From a virus, in the UHGV virus genome UHGV-0186982: a DNA stretch of 23,918 nucleotides; one strand, written 5' to 3'. Shown one piece after another: positions 1 to 7,653 of this stretch (position 1 is the stretch's first letter; each line of letters begins with the position of its first letter). Below the pieces are notes generated by a model that saw only the letters and a list, made by a program, of their open reading frames with translations, was not told the origin of the DNA and ran no database searches. Both the position numbers and the translations under genes were made by a program.

Positions 1-4
1 TTAA

Positions 5-78
5 GGCGCGTTAGCAAAGCGGTTATGTAGCGGATTGCAAATCCGTCTAGTCCGGTTCGACTCCGGAACGCGCCTCCA
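5..78 (+). tRNA. cysT: tRNA-Cys (anticodon GCA)
   Basis: 74 nt matching enterobacterial tRNA-Cys almost base for base as I recall it (ggcgcgttagcaaagcgg...gaacgcgcctcca); anticodon loop ttgcaaa; ends in CCA. Confidence 0.9.
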
Positions 79-91
79 ATTTACATCCCGA

Positions 92-177
92 GCCCGGATG
101 GTGGAATCGGTAGACACAAGGGATTTAAAATCCCTCGGCCATAGGCTGTACGAGTTCAAGTCTCGTTCCGGGTACCA
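92..177 (+). tRNA. leuZ: tRNA-Leu (anticodon TAA), long variable arm; likely carries the prophage att core at its 3' end
   Basis: gcccggatggtggaatcggtagacacaagggatttaaaatccc is the canonical 5' half of enterobacterial tRNA-Leu(UAA); T-arm cgagttcaagtctcg; acceptor 3' strand plus CCA at 175..177. Confidence 0.85.
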
Positions 178-221
178 TTGGGATAAAAACCAATAAAATC
201 AATGAAAAGCAGTGTCGTATA

Positions 222-248
222 AAACCACCTTCGGGTGGTTTTTTATTG
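222..248. terminator. Rho-independent terminator, probably bidirectional (tRNA operon and end of int transcript)
   Basis: Hairpin accacc-ttcg-ggtggt followed by tttttt on the plus strand and preceded by an A-run that gives a T-tract on the minus strand. Confidence 0.6.
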
Positions 249-311
249 CCTGTAATTCAGGCCAGTGGCAGCAAAATGGCAGCAGGGTGGCGGCGCTGCT
301 TTTCTCCTCGA

Positions 312-1319
312 CTACCTGACCTCTTCACGATTATCAAAAGGGTTTAACGCAACGGCAGCATCAAGATGATTGGGGGCGAAATGCGCATACCTCATCGTCA
401 TCATGATCGTACTGTGCCCGAGTATCTGCTGAAGCACTAAAATATTCCCCCCACGCATCATAAAGTGACTTGCGAAGGTATGGCGTAGTACATGGGTACG
501 CTGCCCCCTTGGCAACTCAATAGCGGCTCGTGCAAGCGCTGATTTGAATGCTTCGTATGCTGGAGTAAAAAGTGCTCCGCGTTTTTTGGGTAGCAGCTTC
601 TGTAGCTGTTCAGAAATCGGTACAGTTCGATTTTTTTTGCTTTTGGTCTGCGTAAACGTCAACCGGCCAGGCAGAACCTGAGATTGCTTTAAATCCTGCG
701 CCTCGCTCCACCTTGCGCCGGTCGCCAGGCATATCCGCACTATGACCCCCAAATCCTTATTTGCCGATTGATCGCAGGCCGACAAAAGTCGCACTATCTC
801 CTCATCGTAGAGGAAGGCCAGCTCCTGATCCCCCTCCTTGAATTGCCTGATGCCCGACAGTGGGTTATCGCCCTCCCATTCACCCAACCGCTTCATCTCT
901 GAAAAAACCGCGTGCAGGTACGACTGCTCGCGATTTACCGTCGCCTCACTGAGTTTCTTTTTGCCTTTCTGATTCCACTCACCGGCCAATCGTTTTTCAC
1001 GATAAACCGCAAATGTATTTTTATCGAAGCGAGACGCGAGGGGATCGCCCAGGCGCTCGCAAATCGCCAATAACTTCACCTTGCGTTCATCCCCAGATGT
1101 TAGCGTTTTGCCGTGCATTTCGTACCAGCGCTCAACGAAAGCAGAAAGCGTCACCGCGCTGTCGTTTACCTCCTGACTAGTTGCGTTGTTCATGGTGCGG
1201 CGCTCAAAAGAGAGCGCCTCGCCTTTGGTAGCAAACTGCTTACGAATACGCTTTCCGTCACGACCATACGGAAAGCACTGGCATAACCATTTTCCTGATG
1301 TGAGCTTACGAACGGTCAT
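312..1319 (-). CDS. int: Tyrosine recombinase, P2-type phage integrase
   Basis: N-terminus MTVRKLTSGKW...GRDGKRIRKQF and C-terminal HVLRHTFAS...LGHSTIMMTMRYAH (R..HxxR..Y catalytic region). Start placed at the Met matching the P2 Int N-terminal pattern; the longer ORF back to 1403 would overlap the upstream gene by about 100 nt. Confidence 0.9.
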   Translation of the reverse strand: MTVRKLTSGKWLCQCFPYGRDGKRIRKQFATKGEALSFERRTMNNATSQEVNDSAVTLSAFVERWYEMHGKTLTSGDERKVKLLAICERLGDPLASRFDKNTFAVYREKRLAGEWNQKGKKKLSEATVNREQSYLHAVFSEMKRLGEWEGDNPLSGIRQFKEGDQELAFLYDEEIVRLLSACDQSANKDLGVIVRICLATGARWSEAQDLKQSQVLPGRLTFTQTKSKKNRTVPISEQLQKLLPKKRGALFTPAYEAFKSALARAAIELPRGQRTHVLRHTFASHFMMRGGNILVLQQILGHSTIMMTMRYAHFAPNHLDAAVALNPFDNREEVR

Positions 1320-2502
1320 AATTGAACAAATCCACAAATTTAGGCACTTGCTCTGATTTCCTCTCCCAGTAACACCCAGACTGAAGCAATGATATGAAAT
1401 CATCTTGGGTCATTGAGAGTGTACTTGTTGTTATCAGGCGTTTTTTGGTCTCGTCTGGAGTCAAAAGCTCAACCGTAACAGTACCCGGATCATATGATTG
1501 GCTTTCCATGAGGATTGGTGCATCAGTTAGTTTTCTGGGGGTAATTAGACGATTAGGGTTGAAATCACCAGTAAAGCTTCCTTCAAATGATGCGATGGTC
1601 TCGTAACCGGAGAAACAGTCAAATTGTATTTGCAATACCATCGCATGAGGTAATGTTAAAAACTCACTCCAATCTGTGTAGCCTAATTTGTCACTATAAA
1701 AAGTATCGCCGCGCTGGAACTGGTAAGACGTTCCTTGCGTCCATACATCATAGGTGTTTTTTTCAAATGTTATTTTAGTTAGTTTAATGTCTAGCTTGCT
1801 TTTGAATACTTCTTTGATTGCGAATTTCCATCCGGCTGCATAGCCATCAATAAAGTTTGCAATAAGGGCGGTGCTTCTACGAGGCTCTCTTAACGTTCTA
1901 AATGTAAGGGATAGTGCTTCCAAATCTTTTTTCAGCGAATCTACTTCGGAAGTGATTTTCTCTTCATGAATAACATCTAGCTCAGGCGCTTCGTAGGGAA
2001 TCTCACCAGTCTCTATAAAGGCGATGAACTGTTCTTTGCTTATGATAAAGGCGTTTCGAGCCCTTGCCTCTTCAATCTTCCTCCACCCCATATTATCCCC
2101 TACGCAAAGGAAATATAGGTTTGCAGAAACACCGCCTTTAACAGATAAGTTGTTATTCTTCGCTAATTCGGTTAAATATGCTTTGTCAGCCTGCTTAAAA
2201 CCAGTAAAACAGATTTCTAAATTATTTCCTCTTTCCAATTTACGACTAGGGCGTGGCTGCGTTTTCGGTACGATGGATTCTTTGTCCAAAGTAGCATTAA
2301 GCAATTCATCTTCCGACATGAACATTTTCAGAACTCGATCTTTTCTAAAAGTCCTGAATGCCTTTCGATTAATAGAGTAGCCTTGGAAAAACTCATCTCG
2401 CTCAACTACGCGAGTTACACTTTGCCGTGACACCTCTCCTTTGACATTGATGTAATGGAAGAAAGCATTTTTATCTTCATTGATAAGAGATGAATCAAAC
2501 AT
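1306..2502 (-). CDS. Hypothetical 398-aa protein with a BRCT-like central domain; moron inside the repressor-integrase operon
   Basis: Long ORF in an AT-rich block; strong SD (aaggagtg) 7-8 nt upstream of the ATG at 2502; 14-nt overlap with the int start; central segment NLEICFTGFKQ...VSANLYFLCVGDNMGWRKIEEARARNAFIISKEQFIAFI has the BRCT pattern seen at the C-terminus of NAD-dependent DNA ligase. Confidence 0.75.
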   Translation of the reverse strand: MFDSSLINEDKNAFFHYINVKGEVSRQSVTRVVERDEFFQGYSINRKAFRTFRKDRVLKMFMSEDELLNATLDKESIVPKTQPRPSRKLERGNNLEICFTGFKQADKAYLTELAKNNNLSVKGGVSANLYFLCVGDNMGWRKIEEARARNAFIISKEQFIAFIETGEIPYEAPELDVIHEEKITSEVDSLKKDLEALSLTFRTLREPRRSTALIANFIDGYAAGWKFAIKEVFKSKLDIKLTKITFEKNTYDVWTQGTSYQFQRGDTFYSDKLGYTDWSEFLTLPHAMVLQIQFDCFSGYETIASFEGSFTGDFNPNRLITPRKLTDAPILMESQSYDPGTVTVELLTPDETKKRLITTSTLSMTQDDFISLLQSGCYWERKSEQVPKFVDLFNYDRS

Positions 2503-2544
2503 TTATCACTCCTTTATTTTTTTAATTGGCTCTAATTCTGTGAA

Positions 2545-2898
2545 TTAATCGTCACCAGTTTTTACTCGTGGCTTTGATTGCGCAAACGCATCACCAACCG
2601 CCTGTATGTTTAAGCGCGCCGCCTCATCCATCGCGCGGTAGTTTTCTATGAGTTTTTTTTCTTCTTCGCTTTCCGTGACCATGCCATCTGGTTGGAGGGT
2701 CCGTTGCCCAGTAAGTACATACAATATATCAACCCCGATTTTTGCCAGTGCCGAGAGGTATTTTGCATCTGGTGATCTCTCATCTCGTTCGTAGTAGGCC
2801 TGAGAACCACGTGACTGTTCTGCCAGTTTGGCAAAATCTGTTTGATTTAATCCGAGTTTATCCCGCTCCTCGCGAAGCCTGCTTCCGAATGTGGACAT
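2545..2898 (-). CDS. Immunity repressor, HTH XRE-family (cI/C-like)
   Basis: N-terminal HTH LGLNQTDFAKLAEQSRGSQAYYERDE; divergent from the early operon; immediately upstream of int in the same orientation, as in P2 and 186. Confidence 0.8.
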   Translation of the reverse strand: MSTFGSRLREERDKLGLNQTDFAKLAEQSRGSQAYYERDERSPDAKYLSALAKIGVDILYVLTGQRTLQPDGMVTESEEEKKLIENYRAMDEAARLNIQAVGDAFAQSKPRVKTGDD

Positions 2899-2981
2899 AA
2901 ATTGCTTTCCGATCTTGACTTGATTACGTTCGTGATCAAAACTAACTCACACCAACAACTAGCAGATCACAATATACCACT
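2899..2981. promoter_or_regulatory. Lysis-lysogeny switch region: divergent promoters and candidate operator
   Basis: 83-bp gap between divergent repressor and early genes; near-palindrome TTGATTACG-TT-CGTGATCAA (2920..2939, 8 of 9 arm matches); TTGACT -35-like hexamer at 2915..2920; three GATC sites. Confidence 0.5.
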
Positions 2982-3194
2982 ATGACACAAGCACATCATA
3001 TCCAGAGGTCTCGTACGCCTAAGAATAGCGTCGCCGGTGGGGCGCTACCGTTAAGGCTCTCCCCAGAAGAGCGCGCAGCCATTGAGGAAATGGCAAAAGC
3101 CGAATGCCGCTCTGCTTCAAACATGATTCGTATCGTTTTTTTGCGTGGGCTTGAGGTCATGAAGCCTGGGCAAGAGGCACACCCAGAAAACTAG
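2982..3194 (+). CDS. Small early regulator, possible ribbon-helix-helix protein in the Cro/Cox/Apl position
   Basis: First ORF of the rightward operon; LRLSPEERAAIEEMAKAECRSASNMIRIV resembles RHH (CopG/Arc-like) DNA-binding proteins; no clear SD. Confidence 0.5.
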   Translation: MTQAHHIQRSRTPKNSVAGGALPLRLSPEERAAIEEMAKAECRSASNMIRIVFLRGLEVMKPGQEAHPEN

Positions 3195-3213
3195 ACGTGT
3201 ACCGGGGTGAAAC

Positions 3214-3417
3214 ATGTCAGGCGTAACTATCAATTTAAACGTTGCCGCGCCTTATTTATCTCTAAAGGAGTATTCCAGGATTACGGGTATTCCGTTTGAG
3301 ACATGCCGGGGCATGGTGAAGGACGGGCGGATCATCATCCGACCAAAGGAGCTTTCGGGGGGCAAGGTTGAGGTAAATATGATCGCCATGCTCAAGGATG
3401 CCATCGCGAACAGTTAA
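3214..3417 (+). CDS. Small DNA-binding protein, possible excisionase/Cox-like winged helix
   Basis: SD ggggtga upstream of ATG; LSLKEYSRITGIPFETCRGMVKDGRIII is HTH/excisionase-like. Confidence 0.5.
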   Translation: MSGVTINLNVAAPYLSLKEYSRITGIPFETCRGMVKDGRIIIRPKELSGGKVEVNMIAMLKDAIANS

Positions 3418-3429
3418 TAGAGGCAGGGA

Positions 3430-3693
3430 ATGAATAAACGCTACTCAAAACACGGCAAGTATGCGGGAAGTATTCATATCGTGGCGGGCGATAACTTACC
3501 TAAAGTCGTTTGGATAAATAAGCACGCTGGAATTTGCTGCGGCTTCACCATCCGCGTATTACCGCGCAGGGTAGGCAAGAAGCGTTATCAAATCATGAAA
3601 GATGGTGATTCTTTCGGAATTGACTTTGCGTTATCTGAAGCACGCAAAACGATAGATCGTATTATTAATAACAACCGCTTCACCATTCATTAA
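3430..3693 (+). CDS. Hypothetical early protein (87 aa)
   Basis: ORF with SD gaggcaggga before the ATG; tightly packed in the early operon. Confidence 0.5.
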   Translation: MNKRYSKHGKYAGSIHIVAGDNLPKVVWINKHAGICCGFTIRVLPRRVGKKRYQIMKDGDSFGIDFALSEARKTIDRIINNNRFTIH

Positions 3694-3709
3694 ATAACCG
3701 AGGCAGAAA

Positions 3710-4126
3710 ATGAAAAGAGAATACGCAGACAAAATTAACTCACTACTGCAATGCTTCCATTTCAATAAAGAGTTTCTGGAATGGAACCACGATTATTCAC
3801 TTCAACTGTTGCGTCACGGCGCTTCCCACCTTTATCACTTCGCCATGCTCCAGGGAGAGACAGACAAAGCCACTTTGGAGGAACTCCGCAGCATTATTAC
3901 CACCCTCACCAATGGCGAGATCCCTGAGCCATACGATTTGCTCTCACTGGAAGCCGAACAGCCAGAGCCGATTGACCCAAAAGGAAGGACTATGATGTTT
4001 GCTAATCCGCTGGCGGTATCAGTGGAACTTACGCCGGAGATGGTACAACAGCTGAAAGAGACAATGGCGAAAATGGCGAATATCCCCCACAGAATGAGAA
4101 AGCCAACTCTCTATCCTCAGGGATAG
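3710..4126 (+). CDS. Hypothetical early protein (138 aa)
   Basis: ORF with SD gaggcag before the ATG; 16-nt spacing from the preceding gene. Confidence 0.55.
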   Translation: MKREYADKINSLLQCFHFNKEFLEWNHDYSLQLLRHGASHLYHFAMLQGETDKATLEELRSIITTLTNGEIPEPYDLLSLEAEQPEPIDPKGRTMMFANPLAVSVELTPEMVQQLKETMAKMANIPHRMRKPTLYPQG

Positions 4127-4170
4127 GGGGCGAGCCATGTTCAACAAAAAGAAAGCCGGAGATAATCCAA

Positions 4171-4443
4171 ATGACTACCACCGCTGATTTACTGGCTTTG
4201 CGCCAGAAATTGAGATCAGAAAATAATTCTGCTACAGGGACGAGGACTGGTTTCAGTGCCGATCATATTTACAGCCGATCAGGTGCCGCTATTTATCCGG
4301 CAATATTAAGTGATATTAACGATAACGGGTTTGAGGTGAGATGTATTAGAACGGGTGCTGTATTTACCATTAAACCAAACGGATCCATATGTCACGGACT
4401 TATTAAGTCCTTAGAGCGCGAATGGTTCGGCACTAGCAGTTAA
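4171..4443 (+). CDS. Hypothetical early protein (90 aa)
   Basis: ORF with SD ggaga before the ATG. Confidence 0.5.
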   Translation: MTTTADLLALRQKLRSENNSATGTRTGFSADHIYSRSGAAIYPAILSDINDNGFEVRCIRTGAVFTIKPNGSICHGLIKSLEREWFGTSS

Positions 4444-4516
4444 TTAAATTAGTTCGTTGATTTATTAACGGCATTCATTTTGCCGGGGATTCGCTTTGCC
4501 TTTTTCAGGAGGTCGC

Positions 4517-4741
4517 ATGTCGATCAAGTCAATAAAACTGGATGGCGGAATTAGCGATCCAGAGTTTGTGGAAATAAGCGCCAACGCACGGAAACACGAG
4601 CGCGCTCACGTCCTTGGCATGCTCCGTGATTTTGTCGGTCAGCTGAAAAAGGAAAGCGCCACCCCGGAAGAGATTTATTCATCAATCGAACAGTGGGCCA
4701 ACGCCCGCGAATTAACCATCACTGAGGAAAGCAAACAATGA
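4517..4741 (+). CDS. Hypothetical early protein (74 aa)
   Basis: ATG at 4517 preceded by aggagg; the track ORF begins at an upstream TTG (4496) that lacks an RBS; stop overlaps the next gene start (ATGA). Confidence 0.5.
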   Translation: MSIKSIKLDGGISDPEFVEISANARKHERAHVLGMLRDFVGQLKKESATPEEIYSSIEQWANARELTITEESKQ

Positions 4742-5316
4742 ACCATTTAATGATTGATATTGAAACGCTCAGCACCCAGCCGAATGCGGTAATTTGCGCG
4801 ATTGGCGCAGTCTTCTTCGAACCGTCAACCGGAAAAATCGGCCCTTCGTTCTATCAGACCATTGATCCGCGTACCTCGCAGAATCGTGGCGCTCACATCT
4901 CCGCCGACACAGTGATGTGGTGGCTCCGGCAGGATAAAGAACCTATCAGCGAGCTGGTAGGCGCGAAGTCGCATGAAATTGAGGTGATGCTGGATTTTGC
5001 CAAATTTATTGAAGGCACATTCCCTGAAACCACGAAAAAGAATCTGAAGGTCTGGTGCAAGGGCGGTTCGTTTGATTTTCCGATCCTCAAATCTGCATTT
5101 GAGCGCTCATCGCTCGAAGGCGTGCCTATGCTTCCGTGGGGCTACTGGAATGAGTGCTGTTTCCGATCGCTGCTAACCGTGGCCGGTGTTATCGGTTACG
5201 CCCCCCACCCGCGACGCTCAGTCGCACACAACGCTTTAACCGACGCCATCTATCAGGCCGAGCAGGTTTGCGAGATCTGGCAGCGCCTGACTTCCCCGCA
5301 CCTCGAATCATTGTGA
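4738..5316 (+). CDS. DnaQ-like 3'-5' exonuclease
   Basis: N-terminal LMIDIETLSTQP (Exo I motif, D-x-E) and downstream acidic and His motifs (HNALTDA), as in small phage-encoded exonucleases. Confidence 0.75.
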   Translation: MNHLMIDIETLSTQPNAVICAIGAVFFEPSTGKIGPSFYQTIDPRTSQNRGAHISADTVMWWLRQDKEPISELVGAKSHEIEVMLDFAKFIEGTFPETTKKNLKVWCKGGSFDFPILKSAFERSSLEGVPMLPWGYWNECCFRSLLTVAGVIGYAPHPRRSVAHNALTDAIYQAEQVCEIWQRLTSPHLESL

Positions 5317-5320
5317 GGGC

Positions 5321-6283
5321 ATGACAATGATTAAATCACCCATCAAATGGGCGGGCGGTAAAACCCGCGTCATGCCGCAGCTGCTGAAGCATCTGCCGAA
5401 AGCCGATTGCCTGATTGAGCCGTTCGTTGGCAGCGGTACCGTGTTTATGAACACGGAATACCGCCGCTACGTCCTCTGCGATAGCAACCGCGCGCTGATC
5501 AATTTCTTTCTTGTATTGAGGGATGATACAGAGCGCCTGATAGCGGTTGCCCGCAATATATTTCGGGACGGTAACAAAGCAGATAAATATTACTCCGAGC
5601 GCGAAAAATTCAATTACATGTCATGGTATGAATCAGAAAAGGATTGCCGATCGACATTATGGGCGGCGTCCTTTTTGTACCTGAATCGCCACTGCTTCAA
5701 CGGTCTTTATCGTACAAATCTGGACGGCGGTTTTAATGTGTCATTTGGCCGATATAAACAGCCATATTTCCCCGAAGCCGAAATGCGCTTATTCGCCGAA
5801 AAAGCGCGGGATACCAACGCGCTATTTCTTTGCAATGATTTTCGCACTTCTATTCCGTACATCGCGAAGAATCGCCCGGACTCAGTAATTTACTGCGACC
5901 CCCCCTATATCCCGGCAAGCAAATCCGCCAATTTCACCGCATACGGCAAGCCGTTTACCCTGGACGATCATCGTGCTCTGGCTGCAACCCTGCTCGATGC
6001 TCATCGCCAGCACGGCACCCGCGCGGTGATATCCAACAGCGATACCCCGGAAACCCGCGAGATTTATTCCGCTTTCAACCTCCACGCCTTCAGCGTTCGC
6101 CGTTCCGTTAGCGCCAAAAGCCGCGACATGGCCGGTGAAGTGATCGGCGTGATTCCTGATTCAGTCGACTGCTATACGCGTAGTTGCGCTAGCTGCGAAG
6201 ACGTCGAGGAATGCTTAGCGCCGACAGAGATTTGGATCGGGTTTGATATGGCCGCCGGATTTGATAACGGGGAGCCTTTCTGA
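5321..6283 (+). CDS. dam: DNA adenine methyltransferase, Dam family (D12 class N6-adenine MTase)
   Basis: IKWAGGK...EPFVGSGTVF...LYLNR..FNG...FGRYK.PYFPEAE...YCDPPY...NFTAYG closely parallels E. coli Dam as I recall it; has an extra Cys-rich C-terminal tail (CYTRSCASCEDVEEC). Confidence 0.9.
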   Translation: MTMIKSPIKWAGGKTRVMPQLLKHLPKADCLIEPFVGSGTVFMNTEYRRYVLCDSNRALINFFLVLRDDTERLIAVARNIFRDGNKADKYYSEREKFNYMSWYESEKDCRSTLWAASFLYLNRHCFNGLYRTNLDGGFNVSFGRYKQPYFPEAEMRLFAEKARDTNALFLCNDFRTSIPYIAKNRPDSVIYCDPPYIPASKSANFTAYGKPFTLDDHRALAATLLDAHRQHGTRAVISNSDTPETREIYSAFNLHAFSVRRSVSAKSRDMAGEVIGVIPDSVDCYTRSCASCEDVEECLAPTEIWIGFDMAAGFDNGEPF

Positions 6284-6456
6284 TGAACACGCTTGATGCC
6301 GTTGTGACGCGAATTCTGGACGTTCGCCCATATCGCCATTTCTGGGTCGTCGAGGTGGAGGTGCTGTGCTACGGCGATTACAGCAACACGATCATCATCC
6401 GCGATAGTGAAAAAGAAGCCCGCCAGGTTAAACCCGGCGACACGGTAACGATCTGA
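6283..6456 (+). CDS. Small hypothetical protein (57 aa)
   Basis: ATG overlaps the dam stop (TGATG); reads MNTLDAVVTRILDVRPYRHFWVVEVEV...; below the ORF-track size cutoff; coding status uncertain. Confidence 0.35.
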   Translation: MNTLDAVVTRILDVRPYRHFWVVEVEVLCYGDYSNTIIIRDSEKEARQVKPGDTVTI

Positions 6457-6540
6457 GGTACCGCAAATGAACGAAGAAACCAATTACCGCCGCTTCTGGC
6501 GCAATACCGTGATCTGCTGCGCGCTCTGCTCACTGCTGTT

Positions 6541-7653
6541 TTGGCTCCCGATGGGCTGTCTCGCCTTTCGTGTTTTCTCTGTGGTGTGGGAGGCGCTGTG
6601 GTTGCTTATTACAACGAAATAGACCCTCACGCAGCACAGCACCTGCGCAACCTTATCGACGCCGGCCATATTGCGCCGGGCGTCGTTGACACCCGTTCAA
6701 TTGAGGATGTAACCCCCAATGACCTTATCGGATTCAATCAGTGCCATTTCTTCGCCGGGATCGGCGGATGGTCGCTTGCCTTACGCCGCGCAGGATGGCC
6801 AGACAGTCGCCCGGCATGGACAGCATCATGCCCATGCCAGCCTTTCAGCGCGGCAGGCAAAGGACTTGGGTTTGCTGACGAGCGGCACTTATGGCCCTCC
6901 GCACATTGGCTTGTCGGCCAGCGCCGCCCTGTCGTGGTTTTTGGCGAGCAATCTGGCAGCGCTGACGCAGCGGACTGGATCGACCTTGTACAAGCTGACG
7001 TGGAAGCCCTGGGCTATGCCTTCGGGGCGGTTGCGTTTCCGTCTGCGAGCGTCGGCGCGCCGCACCAGAGAGACCGCGCTTATTGGGTGGCCGACGCCGG
7101 CCGCGAACGAGTTCGAACCGAAGGACTTGCAAAGGCTCTTGGAGAGAAGGGAGAAATTCGCGGCCAAGCATGGAAACAACGGGTTTGGCCTGACACTAGG
7201 GCAGGCGGTGCATCTGTTTGCGGGCTGGCCGACACCGACGGCAACGGACGGGAAAGGCGGTTATCAGGGTGGACGAATCCGCAATGGGAAGCTATCGACG
7301 GACAGGCTAGATGTGGCTGCGCAGCTTGCGGGCTGGCCGACGCCGACCACGAGCAACGACCGCTCGCCATGTCCGCAAGAGGCTATGCGGACGTATCGCG
7401 ACAATGGAACAAAGATTCAGAAGCGGCTTCAGGATGTAGCTGCGTTATGCGGCCCGGCCCGGTTAACGGCTTCTGGAGAGATGCTGATTGGCTCCACGGC
7501 CGGGATGGATGGTGGAGGCCAGTTAGACCCGGATCATTCCCGCTGGCTGATGGGATTCCCGCCAGAGTGGGAAGAGTGCGCGCCTACGGAAACGCTATCA
7601 ACATTGAAGCGGCGGCAGCGTTCATAAAAGCGTATATGGCGGCGGAACAATGA
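6541..7653 (+). CDS. DNA cytosine-5 methyltransferase, apparently frameshifted (motifs split between two frames)
   Basis: Frame 1 has motif I-like FLCGVGG, NEID, PCQPFS (motif IV), PHQRDR (motif VIII) and C-terminal GNAINIEAAAAFIKAY (motif X); the overlapping frame 6719..7627 has WPTP repeats and RWLMGFPPEW (motif IX). Stop overlaps the A start (ATGA). Confidence 0.6.
   Translation: MAPDGLSRLSCFLCGVGGAVVAYYNEIDPHAAQHLRNLIDAGHIAPGVVDTRSIEDVTPNDLIGFNQCHFFAGIGGWSLALRRAGWPDSRPAWTASCPCQPFSAAGKGLGFADERHLWPSAHWLVGQRRPVVVFGEQSGSADAADWIDLVQADVEALGYAFGAVAFPSASVGAPHQRDRAYWVADAGRERVRTEGLAKALGEKGEIRGQAWKQRVWPDTRAGGASVCGLADTDGNGRERRLSGWTNPQWEAIDGQARCGCAACGLADADHEQRPLAMSARGYADVSRQWNKDSEAASGCSCVMRPGPVNGFWRDADWLHGRDGWWRPVRPGSFPLADGIPARVGRVRAYGNAINIEAAAAFIKAYMAAEQ

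Noticed and set aside
1320-1403. N-terminal extension of the integrase to the upstream start at 1403
   Set aside because: Would overlap the 398-aa gene by about 100 nt and add a Cys/Trp-rich leader with no counterpart in P2-type integrases; the Met at 1319 matches the conserved N-terminus.
1394-2380. Plus-strand ORFs of 63-118 aa (1394..1606, 1587..1778, 2024..2380) opposite the 398-aa gene
   Set aside because: All antisense to a long ORF with a strong RBS; AT-rich frames with no start context.
6719-7627. 302-aa ORF overlapping the C5 methyltransferase in another frame, as a separate gene
   Set aside because: It carries motifs that belong to the same methyltransferase (WPTP repeats, LMGFP motif IX), so it is the shifted middle of that gene rather than an independent overlapping gene.
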